From NCBI GenBank assembly GCA_013115125.1, contig JABANN010000058.1, forward strand, positions 1 to 64,000: DNA of 64,000 nt. The letters are read 5' to 3'. The first letter of the stretch is position 1, and every line of letters starts with the position of its first letter. Source of the DNA: Perkinsus olseni (Eukaryota). The position numbers and the translations under genes were made by a program. The notes under the pieces were generated by a model that did no database searches, had not been told where the DNA came from, and saw only the letters and a program-made list of their open reading frames with translations. Below are positions 12,984 through 26,054 of the stretch, piece after piece.

Positions 12984-13792
12984 CCTTTTAGGTGAACAGT
13001 GAGGAGCGCTGGGCCTAACAGCAGAACTTACTATAAACTGAGCGAAATCCGTATCATGCCACGATCGACCTCGGATACTCTTCAACGGTGGCAGCGACTA
13101 AATGCTAAGAAACTGACTGCCTTGTTCCCGTCGACCTGCTCATCATGCCATCCTACACTGTCCCTAGTAACACACTTTAGCTTAGTAGCCTTCTCTAGCC
13201 TTCCCACTACTACACCCTCACTACGACCACGCTACAGCCGCTACTACGCGCTGAGGCGCGAGACAGGCGAGATCGCTCAGCCATAACGTGAAAAATCTTG
13301 GCCGAAGTCACGGCCGTCGTTGGCGAGTGGGTCGGCTGTGTTACCTGTGCGAACTCCTCCGAGAATATGAAGGTCTCTTCATCTTGGATGCCAAGGGAAA
13401 GAAGAACAACTTCCGAACACGGCACGGCCATCGACATCTTGCACATCTTGCATTTCCTCAACGATGAGACCCGGGATCAGCGCACGACCGTTCGAGCGAA
13501 CGAGCTCTCTTCCTAGCGTCCACGACCGCTGAACCCCGGCTGCTGTTCGTAGTGTGCTCACCTAGGCTTCTGAAGTATGTCGGATTTCGTTGGCGTCGCT
13601 CTGGACTTCACGTTCTCATCGTCATTTTTTCGTCTCGGTATTTTCACTTTGTTTCGGTCGTCACGGGTCACAGAGTGGCGGTCATCATGATGTTAACATC
13701 ATCTCATAGTCTGACCAGAATCTCGGAGACCGGACGATCCAGCCTTCTGTCTTTCATACTCAGTTCCCCACTTCGTCAGGCCCCTTTTGGTG

Positions 13793-14271
13793 ATGCAGCC
13801 CGGCGTAGCGTATCCGGCCCCGATGGCCCAGCCGTTCTTCGAGCATGAACCAGTGATAGTCACCTGTCCCAACTGCGGGACTGTCGGACAAACACGAGTA
13901 TGGCATCGCATCGGATTGGGTAGGTCCGCTCGGAAACTGCTAAGTTAGCAGTTAGCAGTGCTAACAGGCGGCGCAGTGAAAGGCTCTGCTGCGCAGGTTC
14001 CGTGGTTGCCATGCTCCTCATCGCTGCTCTCTTCTTCCCCCTATTCTGGCTGCCATTATTCTGTCGTAGTTGCCAGTCGGCCCAGCATCATTGCCTGACG
14101 TGCAACTACAAAGTGGGCGAGAAGAGCTTCTTATTTGACGAGGCATATAGGGGCTACTATGCGCCCCCTCACTACTACGCCACGGCTCAGCCGTCGGCTC
14201 CTCGCGTCCCTCCCCACGCAGCAGACCCCTCAGTGGTGCTGGGTGGCCCTATCCATGTAGCCAAAGGATAG
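13793..14271 (+). CDS. LITAF-domain protein, copy 1
   Basis: EPVIVTCPNCGTVGQTRV, intron 13920-13996, hydrophobic segment, then CRSCQSAQHHCLTCNYKVG. Confidence 0.88.
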
Positions 14272-14454
14272 ACCGCACCGTGTTAACATGATACACAATT
14301 GCCCTGGTCGTAGTACTGTTGTTGCGTTGTCACTTACCGACGAGCGATCCGAGTGCTATCGACTCCTAGGAGCGTCCTCCGGTTGCACTCTAGGGAATGG
14401 CGTACCACACCTTTCGTTCTTTCTCTGCCAGCGCCCCCACCTTTCATTCTACTC

Positions 14455-14807
14455 ATGTCCAGCGAAGAATCCAAGCCCCTCAACCCGCAGCCAGGCCCCA
14501 TGCCCCCCGCCCCTATGGCGGCAGTGTACTTCGATCATGAGCCCACTACGGTGAAATGCCCATATTGTCAACACACTGGCCCCACTAAGGTTGACCATCA
14601 GGTCAGCGCCGGTAGGTTCACTGCTTCACTGTACTTCAATCCATCGTCTATCTCCGTTCAGGATCGTGGATATGCGTCGCTATTCTGGCCCTCCTCTTCT
14701 TCCCTCTGGCTTGGTTGCCTTGCTGCTGTCAGTCCTGCCAGCAGGCTGATCACAAGTGTGCCAGTTGCAACACTAAGGTCGGCGAGAAGGTCTTCATCAC
14801 CAGTTGA
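14455..14807 (+). CDS. LITAF-domain protein, copy 2
   Basis: EPTTVKCPYCQHTGPTKVDH, intron 14612-14661, LAWLPCCCQSCQQADHKCASCNTKVGEK. Confidence 0.9.
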
Positions 14808-14937
14808 TATCACTTCGAGTGCGCATGCCTGTGATACACCGATCGCTGTGCTCCGTCCATGGCCGTCTCCGCGTTGCCAATAGTCGGATGACGTTCAATA
14901 CCCGCCAGGATCCTCTTGGTTCTCTCAAGCCCCTTTC

Positions 14938-15316
14938 ATGTCTGCTGAAGAAGGGAAGCCCTTCATCCAGTCACAGGCTTACGCTAGCTCTGCTCAACCT
15001 GCCATGGCGCCAGCCGTACCGGCTCCGATGGCCACCGTTTACTTCACTGACGACCCTATGACGGTCACTTGCCCTTATTGCAAGGCCACTACTATCACCA
15101 TGGTTGAGCATAAAGTTAGCGCTGGTGGGCGATATCGAGCTCTTGTGATCGTGCTGCAGTTTGGTGTCAGGTTCATGGATCTGCGTGGGCATCCTCGCCT
15201 TGCTTTGCTTCCCTCTGGCTTGGTTGCCTTGCTGCTGTGATTCCTGCCAGCAGGCCGATCACAAGTGTGCCAATTGCCACGTTAAGGTTGGCGAGAAGGT
15301 CTTCATCACCTCATAG
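14938..15316 (+). CDS. LITAF-domain protein, copy 3
   Basis: DPMTVTCPYCKATTITMVEH, intron 15125-15170, LAWLPCCCDSCQQADHKCANCHVKVGEK. Confidence 0.9.
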
Positions 15317-15508
15317 CCTTCTCGGCCCCCTCGGCCCACGATACTCGACACATCCTTGTGACTAATCCCGATGCAGCATCGGAGTAGTCGTGGATGATAA
15401 TCATCACCATCATGCTCATTGTTATTGAGTCCACCGTGTATTGAGTTCGGCCACGTATCTCCTCCGCCATCTCTGCGATCAGTTCTCGCCCTCCCCCAAC
15501 AGCCCATC

Positions 15509-15844
15509 ATGGCTACGGGGTCGTACGGTACCGAGCCGTTGGCCCCTGTAGCGACTCCGGCCCTCGGCCACTCGCCAGACCTGGTACCATGCAGGCATTG
15601 CGGTCACGAAGGGTTGACTATTGTGGAGCATCGGAACTCCTGCGGTGGGTTGTCTTTCAGCTTGACGTGGCTACCTTGTATTTTTGTTGACGACTCAGGT
15701 ACGTACATATGCTCTTGCCTCCTACTGCTGCTCTTCTTTCCGGTATTCTGGGTGCCCTTCTTCTGCCACAACTGTCAAGAAGCCGATCATGTTTGCGCGG
15801 CATGCGGGGAGCAAGTCGGGAAGAAGGTCTTCATCACCGAATAA
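15509..15844 (+). CDS. LITAF-domain protein, copy 4
   Basis: PDLVPCRHCGHEGLTIVEH, intron 15645-15698, FWVPFFCHNCQEADHVCAACGEQVG. Confidence 0.9.
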   Translation: MATGSYGTEPLAPVATPALGHSPDLVPCRHCGHEGLTIVEHRNSCGGLSFSLTWLPCIFVDDSGTYICSCLLLLLFFPVFWVPFFCHNCQEADHVCAACGEQVGKKVFITE

Positions 15845-16015
15845 TTAACGTTACTCACGTACTCATGAACCCTACCTCGATCTTTGATGTATTGACGAAG
15901 GAGATGTTGAATAAAAACGCTGAGTTGTGTTGTTACTCTCGGGAGTGAAGGGGATGCCGAATGATCTCGCCGCTGAGGAATTTCGTCAGTTTTACCGAAA
16001 ATTTCGGGCACCATT

Positions 16016-16817
16016 ATGGAAACAAGAGAGAAGGAATCCGCTCCCGCAAATTCATCCAAGGGAAGATACCGAAGGAGGTCGAAAAGACGACAGCAAGCCC
16101 AGCAGCGAGAAGAGGCGACGGAATCCCGAGAATCCCTGTCGGACCACAGCCCTGCAGCAGCAGCAGACATTGCGGCACCCAACCCGTGGCAGGACATTGT
16201 AGATGAGCCCGAAGCAGCCTTACCAGACCGACAGGGCGAACGGGAGGAAGAAGAGGCTCTTGGTGGCGCGGCAGAGGTTGTCCACCCGGCTGAGAGCCCC
16301 AGTGATACTCCGCCGGAGAGGGCCGACGAGAAGGGGTTGCGGGTGCAGCTGGAAGGCCTCGTGCCGCCGGACTTCAATCCACATAGCGACGATGAGGTTA
16401 TCGAGATGAACGATGAAACTGCGAAACGGCCAGCGTCCGGCGGCCACCCTGATGGGGAGGATGTCAGGCTCTTGCTCGTCGACACTGACGGCTACGACGC
16501 GGTATACGGCGCGACCAAGGAGGACACATTCCCGCGACCGGAGCCGGGCCATCAACCCTTCGACCTCAAGTGCCCAGTCTGTGGTTACTCCGGACCTACG
16601 GTGGTGACGCACGACCGCTCATGCGGTAGGTTGGCCCTTAGAAATGAGGACTCAATCTGCTATCGTATCAGGTACGTACATTTGCATGGCTATCCTCCTA
16701 GTACTGTTCTTTCCGGTATGCTTGCTACCGCTATGCTGTGACAGCTGCCAAGAAGCCACTCACCGGTGTGAGAATTGCGAGGCTTTCGTAGGTGAACAAG
16801 TGTTCATTACCAAATAG
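16016..16817 (+). CDS. LITAF-domain protein, copy 5, with long acidic disordered N-terminus
   Basis: About 180-aa acidic leader, then PFDLKCPVCGYSGPTVVTH, intron 16626-16671, and CDSCQEATHRCENCEAFVG. Confidence 0.85.
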
Positions 16818-16956
16818 CCGACAGTCGGTGGTCGTGCATGCAACGACATGATACGCCTCACTCGTTGTACCGACCCTCCGTCATGGGGTTGTTGAGTTGG
16901 CCTTCCGACGCCACAGCGCTCGCCGAAGTTGCATATAATTCGTTCATCACAACTTC

Positions 16957-19900
16957 ATGGCCTCCAAAGTAGAACTACCCAGTCTACCAGGCTACCAGCC
17001 GAAGGTGAGCCCTACACGCTCGAACGGTCTTGACTGGACTTGACCGATGCGATTGAGAGGCGCATGTTTCACGCTGCGTATGCACAGCGGCATGGCTGTG
17101 CTCGTGACTTCGGTGTCGTCTCCTGAGGGATTCTCATCTCTTTGATCCACTCTTCCGAACTAAAGATGACGGTTCGTTGTTTGACGCCCTGTATCGCGTC
17201 TCTGTGGTGGCTTGTCTAGGTGCAGCGGGCAAACCATCATGTTCATCAAACTTGGGGGTTTAACAATGGTCAGCGCATAGAGAACAGTATATCCAACAGG
17301 GAGCGGCCAAAGCTGGTTGAGGTAGGCGCTTCAGTGTTGATGGGGCTTGCCACACAAGCTGGTCAGGTCCCCAGGGCCCCAGAGGGCTGGCGTGACGGTG
17401 AGGCCTTGCCCAAGTCCACCACTCGCGATGTCTTTATTGCCCCCAACGGAGTCGGCGACACGGAACAACTTCCTGCTTGGGACGCTCTGGATCGACATGT
17501 GCTGAGGTGAGTCGGCCGTTACGAAGGAATCTTAGGTTGAACCTGGTGTCTTGCAGATTCTTTGGATACTACAAAGAAGCTGTTGTGGAGTCCAACCTTG
17601 AGAACTACCGCGTTCGGCCTTGCATTCTCTACTACTACCTCGGTACGTCGAGAGGGAACGCCAGAATAAACAGATGGTTGCCGTTTTTGTAGAGGATGAC
17701 ACCATGCATGTGAGTGAGCCACGAGAAGACAACAGCGGGCTCAACCAAGGGAACCTCCTCAAACGCCATAGGTGAGCGGCGATTTCACTTGGGAGGGCTC
17801 AGTGTGGTGATTTTTTCAGGATCCCGAAGAGTGATGGAGGTGGCTTCGTCGTAGCGCAAGACTTGGTAGGTGAAGAGCTGTCGCTGTGCAAGCTGAGTTC
17901 GACCTTCCTCAGAGGGTTGGCGAGGGCATCAAGGTCTACGGTCGAGTCATTCAGATCACAGCCGTGGATGGCTTTACACGGAGCTACTATGAAAATGTAA
18001 CGACCGCGTGTCTGCCGACGCAAAGAGTCTAGGCAGCGCGGCATCAGGTGTTGAAGTGCGAACAAGCCCCGAATACGGAGGTGCCCGAGGATACCTTCGC
18101 ACAGACCAAAAAGGAGGCCAAGATAGCGGGAGCTGCCATGCCCCGTAAGGTTTCTGAAGGCTTCGAACGTTCGCGGACTCGAAGGGACCTCTGCAGGGAG
18201 CTACGAGAAGGTCTACCGTGAAGCGATGTTGGGCGGAGGACTAGCGAATGAACGGCTTGGGCAATTTTTAGATAAGGACCGGAAGGTGAGTAGGATACTG
18301 AGGCTCCTGGGCGAGGTCTCTGGTGAACAGGTGTGCCGGTTTTATGCTGTGATGGATGACCTCAGCACGGAGCAGTACGAGAGAAGACCTTTCACCATAT
18401 TCTACTTCCTTAGTGACGACACCATCGAGATCAGAGAACAGTAGCCCTGCTAACATCTGATCGGCTGAAAATCTTGAAAGTGCGCAGGTATCCTCTCAAC
18501 TGCGGCCGAGATAACTTCCCGATCTTCTTTAAGAGAGGCAGGGTGGCCAAGGGTAACCCCAAGTCTGACGGGGTTTACTCTGGCAACAGCGCTCATTGCT
18601 CAGATTCCATGCCGGTGCTCGGGCCCTCGGACCCTCTCCCTTCGCCAGACGTCTACTACAAGGTTGATGATCTCTACGTTGGACAAACAATACGCCTGGT
18701 ATGGGCGGGCATCATCGCCGCGCTGCAGTGCGAGGCCGCAGGCCTCCCGCTCGAACTGCTACTTCTAAAGAAGCGAGGGATCACTTGCTAGGATTCCCTT
18801 TCAATTGAAATCTATGCGACTTTGTCATCATCATTATACCATGCGCGGTGGTATCGTGCTCGCATATCTTACTCGTAGGTTAACAATGACTTGTTCATTT
18901 ACGACGCCGATGCCTTCACTCGGGAGTACTTCAAGAGCATCGGAAGTAACAGCACAGCCACCTTCGCTCCGCCGGGCCTGATGCACTACTTTGTTAGTCG
19001 AGCTAGCACCGAAGCGAGATGTTCGGCTTCCAGAGAAGATCGTTCCCCGTCCGCCCACACCACCGTACACTGGTTACGGCTCTTGGGACGACTCGATGGG
19101 GTCTGTGCTCAACCTAGTCCCCAAGGTCCCCAAGAAAGATATGCAGAAGCTCCTGATCAATGAGGGTATCCTTTGCGATGCGCTTCGGTCAAGATATTCT
19201 CCTCCGTGGCAGGCAAGGTCTTGCGGTTCTTGGCGGCATTCTCGAACCCCGAGCCTGAAGACGTGAGCAGGAGGTTCGTTTTCAACTACCACCTTTTCGA
19301 CGACGCTTTGTCCATTCACGAGCCGCCACAGAGGAACCTCGGCATCGTGACAGGGAAGTTCTTGGAGAAGGGCATTCACCTCAATGAGGCGACTGGTGGG
19401 AGAACTCACGGGCTCGGGGTTGGGCGAATCTTTGGCGTATCTTCAGGTCGCCTGATGAGCCCTCTTGACCTGATTCCAGGTAAGATAGCGGTAGTTTTCA
19501 ATCACAGTTTTATCATGACCGGTTGTGACGAGTAAGCCCTTCTTCCCGTGGTCTCGTGTCATCGATGCTTCTCGTTGCAGCTACACTCGTAAGTACTTCG
19601 CCAAGGTTTACCCCGACGTCAAACTCGAGCAGAACGGCGGAGACAATTCAACTGGGGCTCTGGTGCCTGATGAGGAGTAGGTTGATACTCTCTCGAAGGC
19701 CTCGGCAGGCTGACTACTCTCAGGTCCGATCTGACCACCATTCTCCCTAAGCTACGCGAAGCCTTGCTGCAGCAGTTCCCTCTCGTGCGAGATGTTTTCC
19801 GGCGTCTTGACAGGGACCACAACGGTGTCCTAACATGTAAGCTGCAGTGGTCGGTGCAGTTCGGGACTGATGGTGACGGTTACTACAGTGGACGAAGTCC

Positions 19901-20670
19901 GAGAGGTGCTGGCCAATTATGGCTTCCAGCTCACAGAGGGTGACGCCCTCGCTATTATGAGGGCATTCGACACGAATAAGGATGGCCACATCTCGTAGGC
20001 TGCCGTCGAGCTACTGGAGGCCTCTGACCTCAGTGATGCGACTGTCAGTTACAATGAATTCTGTGACGCCGTACTGGAGCCTGACTACAAGGGCTATGAA
20101 GGGGAAGCTCAACCGAAGAAGTCCTCCTTGGTCAAAGAAGATAAGGACTACGCCGCTGCAGCAGCCTGCAGGGTAGGGAGTTCTTGCGGCGTCTCGTTGA
20201 TCCATCCTGCGGTTGCGGTCGCTAGTCGGCAGTAGGGCATCGAGTTTCTCTCAGTCGGTTGAAGCGGCAGAGACCGCCAAGATCCGTCGGGCCGTGCGAG
20301 AGGTCGGGGACGTCTTCTACAAGCATCCATCAATGTCTCACCGGATCATCAAGGAGCTCAGCAGTACGAAGCTGACGGTCGCTTGCTAGTGGGGAAGCTT
20401 TCTTTTTCAGAAGTGTCCGACAACCAAAGGACCGACACAGGGCAAATTAGACTTGCTCTGCTCCGTCTCGGCTTCCCTTTCGATCAAGAGGAGATTGATC
20501 GTTGCGTTTGGTGAGCCTACGCGTATCTTTCAAGCTTCAACCTAGGATCCGTTTTTAGCTTCGTGATGACTCCTGAGAGCGACGAACCGATCGATCTGGA
20601 CCGAGTAAAGTTCGTCGATTTCGTCAAGGCCATCGTCGCTACGTATCACGACCACAATGCTCCCCGATAG
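16957..20670 (+). CDS. EFHC1/EFHC2 (Rib72)-like axonemal protein with three DM10 domains and EF-hands, many introns
   Basis: MASKVELPSLPGYQPK start. DM10 exons LPAWDALDRHVL|FFGYYKEAVVES..YYYL, KVCRFYAV..FTIFYFLSDDTIEIRE and KVLRFLA..RFVFNYHLFDDALSIHEPPQRNLGI. EF-hands DRDHNGVL and DTNKDGHI. Confidence 0.9.
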
Positions 20671-21154
20671 CCGAGGTAACCCCTAGTCTCATCATGCCCT
20701 CTTCCGTCAGTTCAAGTCCTCTAGGTGCCTTTATTTGAACAACGTATCTAAGTTCGGGCGAGGCTCTATTCTATGCGGCTGCCTAAAGTGCTACCCCATC
20801 GGCATCGTTGAAGTCATGTTCGTTGTGACGTTCTCGAGGCTTGCGTTGCTCAGTCTCGAGTGGATTCACTTCGTGGATAGGAGCTCTCGATAAGGCGGGT
20901 CCCGCCTGGCGGGAGGGGCTGCTGAACTCGCATTTCCAACTGTAACAACGCAAATCATTCAAAGAGGTTGTCCGACAAACTTTGTTGTCGTAAAGAGTGA
21001 GCTACCAGCAATGCAATCGCCGGAGCAAAAAATGACTGATCTCAGGGAGAGCGCCAATCTTAGATTGATAGGCGCCCTCGCTTGCGGACAAGAAGGCTAT
21101 GCGGCGAAACCGCAGGCAAAAAGAGGGCGTGAGAATCCGAAAGATGAGCAACAG

Positions 21155-22495
21155 TTACTCATCCACGTTACTGAAGGTCCCACGAAGGCCACGTGACCTT
21201 CTTCTACTTCTGAGGAGGGCGATAGCGTGGCGTACAGTCTTCCAAGGGTTGATGGCTCCTTTAGAAATCTTGTGACCCAGATCGGAGTGGACAGGAACTA
21301 CACTATACGTTATCAGGCGTTTGATCCAGGACGGCGGAACGTCCATTGATCGTAGAATAGCGGCAAGGCCAGAGACGAGCGGAGTCGCAGCTGATGAGCC
21401 CGTGAAGTGGTTCGAACTTCCTTGCTCGCCAAAGCCGACGAAGAGATTCACGCCGTATGCGGCGACGTCGACCTTCTTACCATAATTCGAGTAATTGCTA
21501 AGAGTATGATTATCTTTGTTATTCACCATATACGCGACGCATAGACTCCTCGGGCCACCAACCCAGCAGGGATAGGAGTTAGATGACTCTACGCCTCTAT
21601 TTCCGGCTCCAGACACCAGAATGATACCCCTCCGTTGGGCAGTGATCAGGGCACGGTGCATTAGAAGTTGGCTACTCCGGCGATAGTTTTTGAACGCGTA
21701 ACGGAAGGACATCGAGATAACGTCTACCTCCACGTCCATCGCCAGATCCATAGCTTCCAAGAAATTAGACAGGGGTAAATTCGTGCTGCTGTTGGCTATC
21801 TGCAGTGGTACCAATGTGACGTTAGGAGCCATTCCAGCCATATCGATCGAGTTGTTACTTTTGGCAGCGAGGATTCTGCTCACACAAGTGCCATGACCTT
21901 CAGTGGTCGTCATATTTGGCGAATCAGTGAAGAAGTTCCACCCTCCTTCCAAGTAGCCACCGCTCTTCTTCTTCAGTCTCCCTTTCAAGGGAGCGAGTTC
22001 TGGGTCGGTCCAGTTGATGCCCATGTCCAGGACAGCCACCTTTGCATTTCGCTTGACATAGGGGGCAGTAGCTTTCCAAACTTCCCCCATTTTCATCCAC
22101 TTGAGCTTCTTCTGCATGTACGCACCAGGATCGTTAACGTGCAAGTCTGGATCGAGTTGAGCAGTGACCTCGCCATCCGTATCTTCATCGCATTCAAACT
22201 CCAATGATAGCTTGCTGCTGGCCATAGCGACAAAGCTGCAGAGAGTATCGCTGTCGATACCGGGATCTGGAGTCTGAACCACTTGGGAGTGGGCGAACCT
22301 GAGAGTCTTGATCTCAGCGGTCTTCAGGAAAGAGGCAATCTCCTCGTCGGGAATGTAACCGGCGTCGCTCAGCATTTTCGGCAGCTGACGAACGTTAATA
22401 TCCTTGCCGCCAGACTCGATCGACAGGAGAGTGCGGCCTGGAGGAGTGGTGGCGCCGACCAGAGAGGCGAGGGGGAATGCGAACGGGATGCGCAT
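21155..22495 (-). CDS. Subtilisin-like S8 serine protease, intronless
   Basis: Start at MRIPFAFPL by homology to 903..2225 (the upstream ORF extension is not used). Motifs VAVLDMGIN, GHGTCV, SGAGNR and TGSSAATP. Confidence 0.93.
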   Translation of the reverse strand: MRIPFAFPLASLVGATTPPGRTLLSIESGGKDINVRQLPKMLSDAGYIPDEEIASFLKTAEIKTLRFAHSQVVQTPDPGIDSDTLCSFVAMASSKLSLEFECDEDTDGEVTAQLDPDLHVNDPGAYMQKKLKWMKMGEVWKATAPYVKRNAKVAVLDMGINWTDPELAPLKGRLKKKSGGYLEGGWNFFTDSPNMTTTEGHGTCVSRILAAKSNNSIDMAGMAPNVTLVPLQIANSSTNLPLSNFLEAMDLAMDVEVDVISMSFRYAFKNYRRSSQLLMHRALITAQRRGIILVSGAGNRGVESSNSYPCWVGGPRSLCVAYMVNNKDNHTLSNYSNYGKKVDVAAYGVNLFVGFGEQGSSNHFTGSSAATPLVSGLAAILRSMDVPPSWIKRLITYSVVPVHSDLGHKISKGAINPWKTVRHAIALLRSRRRSRGLRGTFSNVDE

Positions 22496-22634
22496 GGTAG
22501 ACGGGAAAGAACAGTTAGATCCTAGAAAGGTCACGACGTGCGCGCTCATCACGAGAAAGCAATGAACAACTTTAACGGAGTACCCTAAGGGTCGCGTCTT
22601 GTGATGTGACGCGTCATCACAGGATTTCTGTCCC

Positions 22635-22822
22635 GTGCGTATGAGTTTCAAGTCCAACGCCGGGTCCGGCTTGGTTAGACCCATGCCGATGTGCTTAGTT
22701 AGGATAATGGTTCGCCTCTGTAACATTTACATGCGGTGCAATCTAAAAGTCCGCCAAGAAGCTTTCTACAGGGGTACATTCAAACAGAGAAGCTTCCTTT
22801 CTTTCTGGCGGGATCCGCTTAC
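22635..22822. repeat. Dispersed repeat, copy A
   Basis: Diverged direct repeat of 23988-24164 (AGTCCAACGCCGG.TCCGGCTT.GTTAGAC ... CAGAGA.GCTTCCTTTC.TTCTGGC.GGATCCGCT). Partial third copy at about 50478-50530. Confidence 0.8.
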
Positions 22823-23987
22823 TGTCCCGTGGTGACGTGTTCGTCCCACGTGTAGCCAGGCCACTCCGACCACTACAGAGAACTTAAGTTTGGGGCGACT
22901 GATGGTTGTAAGGAGATGATAGATCAACCATTAGACAGCGTGGCATTGCCACGGTGGCAATCGTACTGAGAGGCGTCTTTTGTCCGCCGGATCCACTGGT
23001 CAACGAGGGGCCTATTTCACAAGATATCCTAATCGGTAAGGATTTAGGACGTCTTCGAAAATAGGATCTTAACCTTAGGAGGTCCTCAAAACATTCAAGC
23101 TGTTCCACATTAAAGTCCTTAAAGGACAGTAGGATCGAAGCGAAACGTGAAAGGGCTCAATTTTGGAGGCTAGGGTGCCTATTAAACACACCACCCCGAG
23201 TTACTTCACGAAGTTGTCCTAAAAACGTGTCCTAAGGTCAGGAAAAGTGCCTCGTGAAATCCGTACGTCCTGTCCTTAGTCATAACCGCGTCCATATTCC
23301 TAAATCCTGAGTGTTGAAATTCAAATGTCCTATCCTTGGGCTGAACATAGCAGTGGCCTTAGCAATGATGGCTTGTTGACCAAGAGACCGAAGGTCAGGT
23401 CGGTGGCAGCGTTTGAATGCACATGTCCACTACGCACACGGTGTACGCGTTCCAGTTTACAGCGATTCCGCGACAGGGGACAGAAGATCCGTCCTCCGTC
23501 ACGGAACACAGGACGTTTGCATCCGAGATATCAAAAGCGTTGAAAGCCGCTATCACGATGAAACGGCCGCGAGACTGCGTTGAAACACCCGAATATGGTC
23601 TACAAGGGGGCGACTGCGGCACCTTGAGCGTCACTGATCGGTGTCGGTCACGTACGCGAGCATACCTGTTATAGTTCTCTACGGCAGTAACACGTAAACC
23701 TCGTTTGCCCGGAAGGAACCGATGACATGCCAGCTAACCTGCATACATGTAGAGTGAGCCGGGGAAAATTCAGATCGATCCGAGAGCGCGGGGGGCCGCC
23801 CCAGTTGCACGAAAGATCCAAGAGGATTATCAAAGGGGGCAGCGTTGAGGCAACCGGCGACGTGCCGATGCTTTCTATGACTTACCCACAGAGCCGCGCT
23901 GGAACCATCACATTAGATGGTAAAACGGCAGTTTAAATGGTAAAGGCAGTTAGTGGATTACGGAGTATTTTCTACGCTTCCAACCGC

Positions 23988-24164
23988 TGCGTGAGTTTAT
24001 AGTCCAACGCCGGTTCCGGCTTAGTTAGACTCTTGCCATTGTGCTCAGTTGGGGACGGTCTGTAGCGTTGGAATGGAGTGCAATCAGACGGTTCGTCAAG
24101 GAGGTTCCCTTAGGGTTGAATTCAAGCAGAGAGGCTTCCTTTCGTTCTGGCAGGATCCGCTCAC
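23988..24164. repeat. Dispersed repeat, copy B
   Basis: Aligns by eye with 22635-22822. Confidence 0.8.
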
Positions 24165-26054
24165 ACATTCGGGGGCTGTGAGTACCACCTTCACACAAGT
24201 ATCGTCCCGGAGTGCCACCAGCATCATTCGTCATCTCAATGAGCATCACAGTCGTCGCTAGAATTGTTCACCGTGGCCATCACGATGAGGACATCTCCCA
24301 GATCAAGGTTCGGGTACAGAAGGGTGATACCGCGAAAATCATTGTGGAGAGACTGGCCGAACTGCTGAGGTAGCTCCCAGGCTAGCACGGTTCGCAGAAG
24401 TCTACACTTTTGGGGTCCCCGACTCGGCCATCTAACCTCGAGCTTCTGCGACTTCAGGCCGAGTGATTGGTCTGCGGTCAACTCCGCCACTGCCCTAGTA
24501 ATCAATGGACAGCTCGTTCCCGATGGGAGCATGCCTGTTGTCGATTTCGGGCTCTGCGATGGAAGCACAGTTACCGTTGTCTTCCCGCCCAAGCCCTCCG
24601 CCAGAGCATACACGTGGCTCGAGCGCAAAATGTAGCTCGTTCTAGCGAGTAAAGTCAGCATACACATTGGCCCGCCCAGGTACAGCGCCCTCGTCGCGCT
24701 TTATACAGCGGCATTAGGCCTGATCGGCGTCGTACGTGGTGGCATCGTTTCAATCTATACGGACCCCTGGGCTTTGGTAGCTGAAGGGGCATCAGCTTTC
24801 ATGGAGCAGGCCGGAGTAGGTTCGACCCAAGGAATACTATGCTACGAATGCGGAGAGGGTCGAGCGGATAGATATCACTCCAACTGCTGGAGCACCGTGA
24901 GTTTCTGAGCGACAAAGGCGTGCTGCCTTGCAGTCGTTAACCGGGGAAGAAGCCACGAGATGGGTAGAGCTCTCCATAGTCTGTCTCGCAGGCACGCCCC
25001 TGGCCAGAATCCTAACGGTGAAGACATGTCGCAGTGGATGCTTCAAGGCATGGCTGGTCTAATGGGTTGACACTATCGGCTTGATATGAACTCGATTGGC
25101 TCAGTCTGCTACCACCAGATGACTGTTTGCTTGCTTTTAATGATCGCGTCGAGTTCATGAGCGGCGCGAGTGGTGTGGGGCTCCTACCGCCTCACCTGTC
25201 CAACGCAACATCACCCCGACCCCCTATCGGTGCTGCATCAATACGCAGGAGTGCCGTGGGTGCTCCCTCGTCGCACTATCGTGCGTGTGCATCGTCTGTG
25301 GACGCCGGATAAAAATCGGCACGTGCGCCACACCATGACGGTAAAACATTTGGGACAACCCTCGTCACTTGACTATGGTCCGCTGCAAGCCTCGCGGTTT
25401 GGTTGCTTCTATCCGAGTTCGCGAATGAGACCTCTAGAGAGCTCTGGAAGACTGGCCATGCTTGTTGTGGTATCAACGCTGTAGACAGTCTCCTACGTGC
25501 GCTCACTGTGGCAGTACATGACGGACATGTTTATTCCTGTCTTACATTTTGCCCACTGTTAATCGGGCGTGCCCCCCCCCGTTGACATGGTTCAAGTCGC
25601 GCTTGTTGTACTGAGCTCACCACTCCCAGAGTGATCAGATCGTGTTTCTCGTATGAAGGGACTTTTCCGGACGGGACGAAACTACCCGGCTAGCCTTCGC
25701 AACTTGAAAACGCAAAACGATCAACGACTGTTATGAAGATGCTGGTGCGGGAAAAGACTGCTTGAAGCGATATCGGCGCTTAACAAAGTCGAGTAATCTC
25801 GGGAGATCTGAAATTGGGGTGGTTCACCCGACGACCTCGCTTACCAATGATGAAGTCCAGCGAGAAGAAGATAATATCAAGTATGAAAGCGCAGCGGGAG
25901 GCGGTGATAAGCACCTCGCCCTAGCTGCATAGTACAATAATGGTACTCTGGCCATGCTCGGTGCATGAAGAAAGAACATCATGGAAGCCTGGAGCTCGAG
26001 CTGCACTTACTCCTCCTAGTTGAACTTGTCACTACCGCGAAGGCCACGCGGCTT

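Noticed and set aside
15787-16485. 232-aa minus-strand ORF
   Set aside because: Antisense to LITAF copy 5 and low complexity.
22496-22726. N-terminal extension of the 523-aa subtilisin ORF
   Set aside because: Homology with the first copy begins at MRIPF, and the extension runs into a dispersed repeat.
24250-25600. Scattered short ORFs between the subtilisins
   Set aside because: No consistent frame, splice pattern or motif. Probably decayed sequence that I cannot assign.
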